Positions 1 to 11,899 of a stretch of DNA of 64,000 nt are shown here, piece by piece. Under the pieces are notes generated by a model. The model did no database searches. It was not told the DNA's origin and saw only the letters and a program-made list of their open reading frames with translations. This DNA comes from Octopus sinensis (lineage: Eukaryota). Position numbers and translations under genes: made by a program. Position 1 is the stretch's first letter, and each line of letters starts with the position of its first letter. Location: positions 21,266,001-21,330,000 of the forward strand of contig NC_043016.1 of assembly GCF_006345805.1 (NCBI RefSeq), written 5' to 3'.

Positions 1-938
1 GTGTGAAAGAACTATATCACTTTTTACAATATTCCAGTGCAGAAAATATCACCCTTCATACTTCTTTAACTGGTTATTTAGCTCCAGATTAACCCTGATC
101 AAGCTAACTTAGAAATGTCTCTGTTTCAAGTGACCATGTAGATGGTCACATTGTCCCCTTTTCAATCTTCTTCACTTAGATGCTAAACTTGCACCGGCTG
201 AGTGAACGGAGAATTTCAGAATATTTCTTTCAATGGAAACACGAAAATCCAATGTTTCAACAGTACAAAGATAGAATCACTTTAAATATCTAGGAAGTCT
301 TGTACCTCATCTTTAATTAAAACCCCCAAACTCATTATATATATATATCGGACTTTAAAACCTCCAGTGATATCTGATAGCAGTCTCAAATTACCAAAAC
401 CATGACACAAAGTGGAAGATCCTTCTTTGGAGTTAGCAAATACATCAGATACAAAGTTCAATTAAAACATATCACTCACATCTCTGGTATGATGTTGCTG
501 CTACTACATGCACTAACAATAAACCAAATTCAACATTCTACAACTTCTAGCTCACAGTCAAATTTGTTTTTCCTGTCTACCTTATCATCTGTAATTCAAT
601 GCATTCTGCTACCCTGAACCGTTTACCAGCACTCTCTTCATTGAGGCCCACACAACCATTTTTCCTTTCCTGTTCCCATTATCCTTAATGTTTCACCTCC
701 CACATACTGCACTTTTCTAGAACAGCTACTCTTGGAAAGGCATTGCCTGACAACATTTTTATTTCAAACCTATAGACTGAACATTAACTTCAAAAAATCA
801 TTGGCATTGGTCCTCATTCTTTGAACATACAGGACATGAGATGGTAAGATTAGTAGAGCATCTGATAGAGAAACAAAAAACTTCTGATGCTGATACATTT
901 CACTTTATTGTTCTGGTTTTGTACCCAAAATAAAACTG

Positions 939-1075
939 TAAGGGCAGCCAGCTGTAGAAACTCTGCCAAATCAAGACTGGAGCCTGGTGCAGCCATCTGG
1001 TTCGCCAGCCCTCAGTCAAAATTGTCCAACCCATGCTAGCATGGAAAGCGGACATTAAACGATGATGATGATGAT
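939..1075 (+). mobile_element. RTE-LINE 3' tail / SINE-like fragment ending in (GAT)n
   Basis: AAGGGCAGCCAGCTGTAGAAAC...CCATGCTAGCATGGAAAGCGGACATTAAAC(GAT)5 matches the 3' end of the LINE at 43100-46638. Confidence 0.85.
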
Positions 1076-1388
1076 CTCCAAAACTCCTCTTCATAATACA
1101 ATTTCTATACCACACTTTTGTAAGTCAATGTAGTTTCAAAAGACTACACACTGCTCTTTCCTGAACTTTACATCATGGCTTACACATAATCCTATACCAA
1201 AAAAGAACAAACATCCCAACTGACAATAACAGACAATTCACTGCTATATCTTATTTTACTTAACTCTTCTAATTTATGTATTTTCAGATCCATTTCAATT
1301 AATTCTGCCAACTCTCTTCACATCAAATTTCTGCATCTTTCTATTATTTCTAGACCCCTTACTTCATAAATTTTTTGTGAGCATGTGA

Positions 1389-2221
1389 TCGTTGTTACTA
1401 CGTTTATTCATACATTGTTACGAAAATTTAACCTTTTAGGCTACTTTCAAGCCTTCGCCATAACTTGATTTATCTTTCCTATCTCTCTCTCTACAAAATT
1501 TAACCTTAGGCTACCTCAAGTGTAATCCCATCTCTTCCCATCTTTCCGCCATTGGCGGTCTTTTTCCTCCTCTTCTTCTTCTTAAGCTAAAACTTGAAAA
1601 TCGCCATTACCATTACGATTCTGCAATTTAAATTCCCAATACAACTTACTTTCTTCTTCAATTTCAACTCTCGATCGATGCCCGCAGCAAGTTCTTAAAA
1701 ATTTATCTTACTATTTTTATTCGTTGTTACTACGTTTATTCATACATTGTTACGAAAATTTAACCTTTTAGGCTACTTTCAAGCCTTCGCCATAACTTGA
1801 TTTATCTTTCCTATCTCTCTCTCTACAAAATTTAACCTTAGGCTACCTCAAGCCGTAATCCCATCTCTTCCCATCTTTCCGCCATTGGCGGTCTTTTTCC
1901 CCCTCTTCTTCTTCTTATGCTAAAACTTGAAAATCGCCATTACCATTACGATTCTGCAATTTAAATTCCCAATTCAACTTACTTTCTTCTTCAATTTCAA
2001 CTCCTGGTCGATGCCCGCAGCAAGTTCTTAAAAATTTATCTTACTATTTTTATTCGTTGTTACTACGTTTATTCATACATTGTTACGAAAATTTAACCTT
2101 TTAGGCTACTTTCAAGCCTTCGCCATAACTTGATTTATCTTTCCTATCTCTCTCTCTACAAAATTTAACCTTAGGCTACCTCAAGCCGTAATCCCATCTC
2201 TTCCCATCTTTCCGCCATTGG
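1389..2221. repeat. Tandem array, ~2.5 copies of a 332-333 bp unit
   Basis: TCGTTGTTACTACGTTTATTCATAC recurs at 1389, 1721 and 2054 with near-identical downstream sequence. Confidence 0.95.
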
Positions 2222-2258
2222 CTTTCTGCAGCAATTCCACATACCCCCTACCCATTCT

Positions 2259-2323
2259 AAGTACCCCGGATCCCCAAAGTACCCTGGATCCCCAAAGTAC
2301 CCCGATCCCCAAAGTACCCCGGA
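2259..2323. repeat. Minisatellite, ~3.6 copies of an 18-19 bp unit (AAGTACCCCGGATCCCCA)
   Basis: Directly visible tandem copies. Confidence 0.9.
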
Positions 2324-2350
2324 CCTCGTTGCCCCCGTGCCGCTGAGACG

Positions 2351-2594
2351 TTAAAATGCTCGAACCGATCGTGACGATGCCGGACCCTCCGGCCCCTGTG
2401 CAGGTGGCACGTAAAATGCACCCAATCCACTCACGGAGTGGTTGGCGTTAGGAAGGGCATCCAGCCGTAGAAACTCTGCCAGATTCAGACTGGAGCCTGG
2501 TGCGGCCCCTGGCTTCCCAGACCCGGTCAAACCGTCCAACCCGTGCTAGCGCGGAAAGCGGACGTTAAACGATGATGATGATGATGATGATGAT
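2351..2594 (+). mobile_element. RTE-LINE 3' tail / SINE-like copy, CpG-rich variant
   Basis: GGTGGCACGTAAAATGCACC...GGAAGGGCATCCAGCCGTAGAAAC...CCGTGCTAGCGCGG, (GAT)n tail. Confidence 0.9.
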
Positions 2595-2603
2595 GTGTAT
2601 GTA

Positions 2604-2634
<31 letters not shown>

Positions 2635-4119
2635 AAAATTAATAATGTAAGAAAACGGTGAATTGAGTTATTTACATCATTAAGGTACATATAGAAATAA
2701 ATGTTTAAGAAACACGATAGAAAACTAAAAAAACAAACATATGTTTCAATTCTGTCCCTTTAGTAATGCATAATTCAAAGCATTTGGGTTAAATCCAATG
2801 TTAAGAATTTAAGCTGTAAGGGATAGAAAATCTTCAGGGTTTTTGTTTTAATAATAAAGACAGCTACATCTTTCTTGAAGGAATTCAAATCCACAGGTAA
2901 AGAATTTTAGCATTTCATATATGTTGTGTGTATGTATTTGGTAAGGTAATAAATCAAGTATGTAAAAATAAATATAAAATAAAATGCAATAAACTTTATA
3001 TAGACACACAAATGTATATACATGTATACAGTAAGTGTATATATTTTCATTTGTATAAAATTCAGTATTTGTTCTAAAAGGAGGTAAAAAAAAAAAAAAA
3101 AAAAAATTAAGTGAAATGGGATAAATAGAATAAATTAATATTAAGATAAGATAATAATTCGTATTTTATATTATAATACAATATATAGAAACTGAAGCAT
3201 AGACTCTATATATACATGCATTCAAACATAGCAGAGACCAACTGGCCTTTGTATCCGATTGTGTCCACTACTCTGTTGTACCAACCGTCTGCGGATAACC
3301 AGTCAGAGACTACAGATAGCATCACGTGAACAACCTTCTTGAACCCTATTTCGAGCCTACTAGTTTCTATAAAAACCCAACTTTTTCCTCAGTACTTCTT
3401 GATACAGTATTTCAACTACCGTGTATTAATGACTGTGAACAGGTATTATTTATCTTACTTGTGTCTATGAACATTCTTCTCACTTCTCATTATAGACTCT
3501 TTCACAGTCTACTTATCAACATCCTTAAATGTACACTCACGCACACACATCCATGCCTATACACATATGCATAAACTTTCTTCTCACAATGACCTGTCTA
3601 TTATTCTGTATCCATGATATGCGCAGAGACATGCATGTTATTACATCAATAAATCTTCTACACGGTTGTGTTTCCTTTTTCTCTCTGGCAAATATATGTA
3701 CTATTCAATTAATATTTATTGTACCGACTGTGTGATGTACGAAAGAGCCATTCTTGTCACCTTGCATCGCACAGTACCTACAAAATCTTAGAATACATAT
3801 CTATCAGTTCCTTCCTTTATATACCTACAAAATGCGTATTACATTTCTGTTTGATGATTCATGTTTAGCTAAAGAAAAAGCCAACAGAATAGATTATAGA
3901 CCTGTTATTCCATTGAAACATTTTATTGGGAGTTAATATAAAACTTTATTTATATAACTGTTAAAAGTTATACCATTTATCTTTGTAATACAACTGGATA
4001 CAATCAAGTAAAATAAGATAAGACAATCTTATATACATTAAATGTTTACAAATGTTTAAAAACGGAAAGTCATATAAATTGAAATAAATTAATGATTATT
4101 TATGCTAATATATACTCTT

Positions 4120-4440
4120 TTATTTGTTTTAGTCATTTGATTGCAGCCATGCTGGAGCAGTGCCTTTAATCAAGCACATCGACCCCAAAACTTATTCTTT
4201 GTAAGCCTAGTACTTATTCTATCAGTCTCTTTTGCCGCACTGCTAAATTACAGGGACGTAAATACACCAACACCAGCTTTCTAGTGATGAGGTGGGGGGG
4301 ACAAACACACACATGATGGGCTTCCTTCAGTTTCCATCCATCAAATCCTCTCACAAGACACTTTCCCAAGGTGCCACGCAGTGGGACTGAACCCGGAACC
4401 ATGTGGTTGGTAGGCAAGCTACTTACCACACAGTCACATC
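4120..4440 (-). mobile_element. tRNA-derived SINE (type 1)
   Basis: Minus strand starts GTGACTGTGTGGTAAGTAGC (A box) ... GGTTCAGTCCC (B box); homologous to 32090-32478. Confidence 0.85.
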
Positions 4441-4706
4441 TGTGCCTATGTGTATATTGTTGTATTTTGGGATGGTCATTTTTTGTTTTTTTTTGCCAAA
4501 TAAACACACACACTATATATTTGTTCTTCACTTGTTTATTACTGTTGTTTCTTTTTTTTTTTTTTTCATTTTAACTCATGTTCATTGTCCAGAAATCTTT
4601 TGTCATACTTCTTCAGCAGCTCTTTTCGTTTTCATGTGTGCTCTTGCTCCACTTACTCAATTTTGTTCTTCTAAGATGTGTATCCTTAAGTGTGCATGTG
4701 TTTGCA

Positions 4707-4709
<3 letters not shown>

Positions 4710-4770
<61 letters not shown>
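4710..4770. repeat. (GT)n microsatellite
   Basis: About 30 uninterrupted GT units. Confidence 0.98.
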
Positions 4771-4771
<1 letters not shown>

Positions 4772-4782
4772 AAGTGTGTGTG

Positions 4783-4853
4783 GCCTTGAGTCTAAAGTCA
4801 CTAATAACTAGTCTATGCTGGGGGATACATTCTTCACCTGGGAGGGGTTTTGT
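4783..4853 (-). mobile_element. Small RTE endonuclease fragment
   Basis: Translates KPLPGEECIPQHRLVISDFRLKA, homologous to KTFPGEECTPQHRLVVSDFR in ORF 43398-44117. Confidence 0.85.
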
Positions 4854-4859
4854 ATTACT

Positions 4860-5490
4860 CTTTGCTAAACAAATTAAGACTAATTTAATCAAACATATAC
4901 ATAGACTGATAAACAGGCATTTCGCTTGTAATAAGTATAGTGAAATTATTAATAATAAATTTTTAAGATATGGTTTTTCAGTAACTAGAAACTTATCTAG
5001 ATATATAACTTCTATTAATAATGCAAAATTAGATAATTTTTACGAGAATTGTAAAATTGATATTTCTCCTGGAAATAGCATGCATCAAATATCCACCAAA
5101 AATGAATTTGAGAATTTTAGTTTATTCTATCAAGGGGAAGTAACTGCCAATAATCTACCTATTTTAGTTAATTCCAAAGATAATCTTCATAAAATTTTGT
5201 AATTGTAAGGTTAAAGAAAAATGCAAATTTAATAATAGCAAACATAAGAATCTGGTATACCAAGCAATCATTGAAGCAGAAGATAAGAATTAGTACCATG
5301 TTGGTTCTACAGAGTGTTTTGTGAAAACCAGAATTTCAAACCATGAGAATTCTTTTAGAAACAGAATTAAACAGAATAATACAAGACTTAGCAAATTCAT
5401 TTTGAAATTAAAAGATAGCAATATTAGTTTCAAAATTAGGTGAAAAATATTATCCTTTGCAAAATCTTATCATCTCCCAAACAGAATTTG
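4860..5490 (+). mobile_element. Penelope-like element remnant (GIY-YIG endonuclease region)
   Basis: Translates ...FSVTRNLSRYITSINNAK... then NLVYQAIIEAEDKN*YHVGSTECFVKTRISNHENSF, a GIY-YIG pattern with stops. Confidence 0.7.
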
Positions 5491-5494
5491 TTCA

Positions 5495-7160
5495 ACAATG
5501 ACACAGTAGGTGGTGTGGGAATACTCCTTACAGAGAAATGGGTGAATAAGGTCATAGAGGTAGTCAGGATGTGCAATAGAGTGCTTAAGTTCAGGCTAGT
5601 CTTGCAGAATAGTATAGCTACAATTATCTCTGCCTATGCCCCACAAGCAGGCCTACCAAATGAACAGAAGGACCACTTCTATGATATTCTTCTCTAGGCT
5701 ACCTCAAAGACGGGTGACAATGACCTCATCTTTTTGGCTGGAGATTTGAATGGGCATGTCAGACAGCAGCCCAGTATCTTTCATAGTGTTCATGGGGGCC
5801 ATAGAACTGGTTCCTGAAACGAAGCAGGAACTAGGCTACTGGAGTCCTGTGAGGCAAGGAACCTATTGATCTGCAACACCAACTACAGGAAGCCAGCCAA
5901 CCACCTGATAACCTATCAATCAAGTGACTCTGTGAGCCAGATTGATTTCATTCTCACCAGACAGTAGAATGCATGGTTGCTCTTAAATACAAAGACCCTC
6001 CCTGGTGAAAAATGTACCTCCCAACACCACCACCAGCATAAACTAGTTATAAGTGACATCAGACTCAAAGCCAAAAGGATGTCAAGAAGCAGACCATTCT
6101 GCAAAACGAAGAACTTAGAAGCTTAAGAACCATTCACATGGTCAGAGATTTAGGGACATCCTCAATGAGAAATTTGATGAGAGGGGGGAAGACTTGTAGG
6201 GCAACTGGTAATTCGTGAGTGACAACTTACCACGGACCAGATCTGTGGCTGGTGCAAAGTACCTTCCAAACATAGAGTAGCATGGTGGTGGAATAATCCT
6301 GTAGGCAGGGCTATTAGAGCAAAGAAAAAGGCCTGGAAAGCCTAGAAGAGTGGGGGTAGCAGGGAACTGTATTAGACAGCAAGAAGGGAAGCTAGGAGAC
6401 AGGTATATATATAGCCAAGGGAGAAACAGAAAAGAATGTTCAGTGATGTGAGGACCAAAGAATTAAATTATTTCAGATTGCAAGACAGTGTGTGAGAGAA
6501 AATTGTGATGTCATAGGAGAGAAATGAATCCACATGGATGATGGAGTACATGCATTTAATGGTCCTGCAAAGAAAGAGCCTTGGACATGCCATTATGAAA
6601 CACTACTGAATGTGGAGAATGAATGGGAGGAGAGCCTGCCAAATGTTGAAGAAATTGAGGGACCTGCTACCTTAATTGACAGTACCCTGGTAGATAAAGC
6701 AATTAAGAATATGAAGACAAGGAAAGCACCAAGCCCATCAGGAATCACCACTGAATTATGGGCTAGTCACCCACATCGTAAAGGCGTCATATCCAATAAC
6801 TGGTGTAGCAGCATCATAGTCAACTGCTACAAAGATAAAGGTGACGCTTTAGATAGAAATAACTACAGGGGTATCAAATTGCTGGACCTGGTGATGAAAG
6901 TTATGGAGAGGGTGACAGCCAAAATAATTAAGGAGATAGTTGACCTGGGAGAGATGCAGTTTGGTTTTGTGCCAGGTAGAAGCACTACTGACGCTACATT
7001 TCTGGTAAGACAGCTGCAGGAGAAATACATAGCTAAAGATAAACCTCTGTACTTGGCTTTTATTGAATTGGAGAAAGCCTTTCACAGGGTCTCCCAATCC
7101 TTTATCTAGTGGTCAATGCGGAAACTAGGGATAGACAAGTGGTTAGAAAGAACTGTACTT
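5495..7160 (+). mobile_element. Degenerate RTE LINE (APE endonuclease to N-terminal RT)
   Basis: GGVGILLTEKWV, TIISAYAPQ, MQFGFVPGRSTTDA; colinear with 43100-45100; multiple stops and frameshifts. Confidence 0.92.
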
Positions 7161-7272
7161 CATTGGTGTAAAGTAATCCTTGTTCTTGATTAAGATCTGT
7201 GACAATTTCCTCTCTGTTTTCAAAGTAGGGTCTTTGCTGCAGCTACCATCACTTATAAGACTTGCCAACTTT

Positions 7273-7423
7273 TCTGTGCAGCATGGAATTTTGTCAGTGA
7301 ACAGGTCGCAGTCTCAAAGCGACGAAAATATTTTGGCAAATTAAATTTAAATGTTGAAGTGAATCTAATGGTTTGTGTGTGTTTCTTAAATGGCTTATAA
7401 ACACCTTCCACGCTGCAATTGTT
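7273..7423. mobile_element. Partial copy of the palindromic MITE at 37255-37444 (one terminal repeat)
   Basis: GTCAGTGAACAGGTCGC...TTTCTTAAATGGCTTATAAACACCTTCCACGCTGCAATTGTT shared with 37255-37444. Confidence 0.85.
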
Positions 7424-7439
7424 CAAGTTTTATATCAAT

Positions 7440-8910
7440 TCCCAATAATTGCAGTCTTCTGAAGGCAAAAGGTGTGTCTGCTCCCAAGGAAGTAAGGGGA
7501 ATCTTGGAAATGAATACATCCTCACCTTTTCCGCATAGGATGGTGGCCCCGACAACATGCTTCATCAATTTCTTTACAACCAGATGTATTCTGTTGCACA
7601 GTCTGGGCGGCTTCAAATTGCGCAGAAGCATAACAGGAGTTCTACCTTTAAGGCATAGCAGATGTGGTAGGTAGAGAGGGTCTAAAAAGTTGAGGAACTC
7701 CGTTGGGAAATTCATCGGTTCATTTACATCTACCACTGTATCTACAGATTTGTATGCGAAAGGAGCACCGGGAAGTAACTGCAACACTTGATCACTGAGT
7801 TTTGTAATGGTCACATTTTTCGGAGCCAGCACTGCTCTTTCAGACAGCCACTTTATTGGTGAGTTCGGCCAAAGATAAAATGGGAGTTGTGAATGGGTGG
7901 ACGTCCAGTTCCCCATCAGTGTTAAGAGGCACTTTACCATCGCCAAGTTTCAGAATGTTACTTGTGAAGTTAGCCAACGTTTGGTTGCCGAGCAATCGAG
8001 CCCTCATGTTGATTGTCAGGGTCAGTAACCTGACATGACGCCAGAGCGGGGGTGATTTAAGGCATGCTTGAACCTCATCTGCTCACGTGCCTTTGGGGAT
8101 AACAGGAAGAGTTTGCCTAAAGTCACTTGAAAGCAAAAGTGTAACACCTCCCATGGGGGCTTCACAACCCCTGATATCCTGAAGGGTTCTGTTTAATGCG
8201 TCGAAGGCTCCCTTGTGGGCCACAGTACACTCATCCCACACAATAAGCTGACAGCATTTCAGTACTTGGCTCTGGTCAGAGTTCTTGGTTCAGTTTCTAT
8301 GACGAAATTGGCATGGGCATCTGCATCATAGGACGTCTCTCGCAAAAGAGTCATAGGAAGTAAATTTGACTCTGAATGCAATGATTTAGGCAGACCATAT
8401 GAGGGTAAGTCATTTCCACTGAGTGATACAAAAGTATTTTCAATGTCAATTAAGGCTTGATTGTATACCTCATCACTTATATTTTCTATCCAAAGAAAAA
8501 GCAACTTCACCTGACGTATGAAGTCCTCCAATAAGTTGTCTTTAAATTTGAGCCACAAAGACAAAGGGTTGTTCAGTTCACAAATTTGCAGCATAACAGC
8601 AAATAGAGCGCATAGACGCTTAGGTGTCTGGGATGCAACAGCTTCAAATAACGTAACCTCCGATTGCGCATTGTCTTCCAACAGGAAGTGCTTGAGGCAT
8701 ACTTCCCTGTAAGTGCTGCAAACAGAGCCATCGACATTCCTTAAGTCATCAAATGACTGGGGCCCACATCCTTCATGTAACAGAAGGCGAAAATAAAAGC
8801 ATTTGTGTTGGCTCGGATACACTGTGTAGCGGTTATAGTGGATCCCTAGCATAAATAAATCTGAATAATCTGGTGTCTCATAAAATGCTGGAGCAATAAA
8901 CATGTTAAGT
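7440..8910 (-). mobile_element. Helitron Rep/Pif1-helicase pseudogene fragment
   Basis: FYFRLLLHEGCGPQSFDDLRNVDGSVCSTYREVC (Rep-helicase linker); LIVWDECTVAHK and LLSSDFRQTLPV (helicase motifs II/III); PVMLLRNLKPPRLCN. Motif I is deleted and the frame ends at FRRLQ. Confidence 0.92.
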
Positions 8911-9805
8911 GGTATGCAGCTTCATTGTGCTTCTGTAGTTCAGTTTCAGTCTTCTGGTCATCCGCTGAGTACTGTGACGCCATGAAATTCTTTGGGTTAA
9001 ACTGCAAATGTGTACCGAGTTTCCTTGAAATCGGATGACTTTTTAAACAAAAAAAAAATCGACAATTATTGATTGAGTTTTTGCGAAAACTGAACATTGA
9101 TCGAAACAGTTGTTATGACTAAAACATGCCTCAGAACATACCTAATTTCAATCGAATTGGTTTGGTGGTTCAGTGGTTTGGCCTGGCTTCACTCAAAAGC
9201 ACTTATACACAGAAACCGTAAACAGCAGAAAAATTTAACTTTTTGAAAGGTAGCTTGGGTATTGATTTGATTCAAGAGGTTACCAAGGTTATTGCCTTAA
9301 CAATATCATGCCCTAAACCGTCTTTTCTCAAGTGTAAGGCCTCATGTTTCTGCAGTTTCACAGTAACTTATTAAGACCCGTGCAATTTTCTATTAACTTA
9401 TTTTAAATCACATCCATATACCTAAACTCCTTATCATAGACACTCTTCTTTTAGTAAATTATTTCTTTTTTTAATTTTTTTCACCGCTTTTCATTGTACA
9501 CCACCCATTACTGTCAATACACACTAAAATTTAAATATAGCTATCATATCCCACTAGATGCTTATTATTATTTATTCATATTCAAATGTATATATGTGTA
9601 GGTGTATACACTTTTATGTGCAAGCGCATGCATTTATGTGTGTTAGATGCGGATGTAAAATTTTGTTATATTTTTTTGTCTCTGATCTTTCCTACTTATA
9701 TTTTAAAATATGCATTGGCCAAAACAGTTCTAGTTCTTACACAGATAGACTCAACACTACATAAGAATGTTCCTATATCTCTGTTTTCATCTTTCACAAT
9801 TTTTC

Positions 9806-9906
9806 TTATGAATATCCGATCGAGTTTATCTGACACAGGCTCTCTGTAGTTTCATTGTAACATTCTTTTGTTAATAGCTTTTCTGATGTTTTCATCATCT
9901 TTTCCA
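9806..9906 (-). CDS. Candidate terminal exon of unidentified host gene
   Basis: Acceptor ccattctcctcAG; reads (M)EKMMKTSEKLLTKECYNETTESLCQINSIGYS*; phase-compatible with candidate exon 10337-10378. Confidence 0.3.
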
Positions 9907-10099
9907 CTGAGGAGAATGGTAATACGTAATTAAATTAATTTAATTTAATTATCATTTTAATAATTATTAAACTTAATTTAATTTTTCCATGTTTCTTACA
10001 TGTTGGTGTTATCATTCGAAATGATCGTATGGATTAAAACTTTACAAAAACTTCTAACATCTTCTCATCTCCATTTTTTAACTCATAGTTGAGTTTATA

Positions 10100-10250
10100 T
10101 ACTATACTATACATGCTCATAACACACTATATATACTATACATGCTCATTATATACTATATACTATACATGCTCATAACACACTATATATACTATATATA
10201 TACTATACATGCTCATTATATACTATATACTATACATGCTCATAACACAC
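10100..10250. repeat. AT-rich minisatellite (TATACTATACATGCTCAT... units)
   Basis: ACTATACATGCTCAT recurs five times. Confidence 0.85.
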
Positions 10251-10336
10251 TTTTTATTTGTCATATTTTAATATTTTAAATACATGCATTAGCAAGATAC
10301 TACTTTGATATGAAGAATCTTCATTAGAAAACTAAC

Positions 10337-10378
10337 TTTTTGGACCCACCCACAAAAGTTCACATTGTTCTACTTGAA
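10337..10378 (-). CDS. Candidate 42-nt internal exon
   Basis: Acceptor aaatgtttAG, donor GTTAGT; reads xQVEQCELLWVGPK (phase 1 to 1). Confidence 0.35.
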
Positions 10379-10389
10379 CTAAACATTTC

Positions 10390-10885
10390 TCACACATATA
10401 TATATATGTATGCATATATTGTGTGTGGGGTTTGTGTAAGCGTATATGTGCGTACCTGTGTGTATGTGCATGCATGTGCTTGTGTGCATATGCTTAAGTG
10501 CGTGCGTGTTTGTGTCCATGTGTGTATAATTGTGTCTGTATCTGTATTGTGTGTTGGAGGTATATGTGCGAACCTGTGCTAATTTGTGTGTGTATGTACG
10601 TGTGTATATGTGCATGTGTGTATTATGTGTGTATGTATATGCAGGTGTGCAAGTGTGTGCGTGCATGTGTATATGTGTGTGTGAACATAGAGATATGTGT
10701 GCGTGGGGTTGTCTGGGATAGGTATGTGTGCATTCTTGTGCATGTGCACGTGTGTGTATGTGGGTGCGTGTGTGTATGTGTGTGTATATGTGCATGTATG
10801 TGTGTTGTATGTGTGTGGTGTGTGGGAGGTATATGTGCGTCCGTGGATATGTATGTATGTGTATGTATGTGTGCGTGTATATAGA
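10390..10885. repeat. Compound (GT)/(GTAT) microsatellite
   Basis: Low-complexity tract; source of the CV- and HT-rich pseudo-ORFs. Confidence 0.95.
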
Positions 10886-10957
10886 AATAAAAAATAAAAA
10901 AAACAAAAAATTATAAAAACAAAATATAAAAATTACGGTTGAAAGGAGATAAGGAAG

Positions 10958-11350
10958 TTAATGCAATATAAATGGCGCAATTACAAGTAAAAATGAAAAA
11001 TGAGAAAAGAAATTAAGTTGCTTGTTACGGGAGGTGTAGCGGCAGTCACTAGGAGGGGGGGAGTTGTTTAGTCTGTGGGGGATAATTATCTGTAAATTAA
11101 AGATATAGCGCTGTTCCAGGTGGAGTCTTGAGTGTGTGGATCCGTGGTGTAGAGCAAGGCCAAAGACGGAGATGTTAGAGGGAGAATGGTTGGCCAAGCG
11201 GAAGTGACAGGCGACAGGAGTGTTCGAATGTAGCTGAACATCTATTAGGTGTTCAGTGAACCGGTCTGCCAGTCGGTGGCCCATCTGACCTACATATAGT
11301 TTCCCACAGAGGTTGCATTTAATGCAGTATATGAGGCTAGAAGTACACAC
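10958..11350 (-). mobile_element. Penelope-like GIY-YIG endonuclease fragment
   Basis: SSLIYCIKCNLCGKLYVGQMGHRLADRFTEH...VACHF...RLHLEQRYIFNL. Confidence 0.9.
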
Positions 11351-11378
11351 ATACATATATATATAAACATACATATAC

Positions 11379-11418
<40 letters not shown>

Positions 11419-11434
11419 TACACACATATACATA

Positions 11435-11888
11435 AGAAATATTCTTTCTAAGTCTCTCTAAAGGAGACTACGGCAGCAGTACTGGATATTAATAGTTATC
11501 GCCAAGCTAATATGGTAGTCCAGAAATATAGAGCAAATGCTGCCATTGATTAGCTCCAAGAGGCCATCGCCTCTAGCTAGCTATGTGACACAAACCTGTG
11601 TCCATTATAATCTTCAAACAGGGGAGGTCATCCACTTCCCCTTGCTGGTCAGGCATCTGCAGACTAGTTTCAGGGTATTTGCCCTTTATCAATGCAGAGC
11701 AGCCAAACGCAGCAGGCATCGCTACTGACCGTTTGTTCGAAGGATTATTTATCTAAATTCAGTGGAATACATCCACTGGTTTTCAAAAACAGAAATATTA
11801 TTTCTAAGTCTCTCTAAAGGAGACTACGGCAGCAGTACTGGATATTAATAGCTATCACCAAGGTAATATGGCAGTCCAGAAATATAGG
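11435..11888. repeat. ~95-bp direct repeat with 356-bp period (LTR/pLTR-like unit)
   Basis: AGAAATATT.TTTCTAAGTCTCTCTAAAGGAGACTACGGCAGCAG... begins at both 11435 and 11791. Confidence 0.9.
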
Positions 11889-11899
11889 TCAATGTTGTC

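Noticed and set aside
4340-4440. tRNA-like A/B boxes (also 32.4 and 55.4 kb) as tRNA genes
   Set aside because: No cloverleaf; they continue into SINE bodies present in multiple copies.
9741-9906. Minus-strand frame GKDDENIRK...MLQ*NYREPVSDKLDRIF... with an in-frame TGA (possible selenocysteine) ending at a GTAAGA donor
   Set aside because: No SECIS or redox-motif evidence; a different frame gives a simpler, phase-compatible terminal exon.
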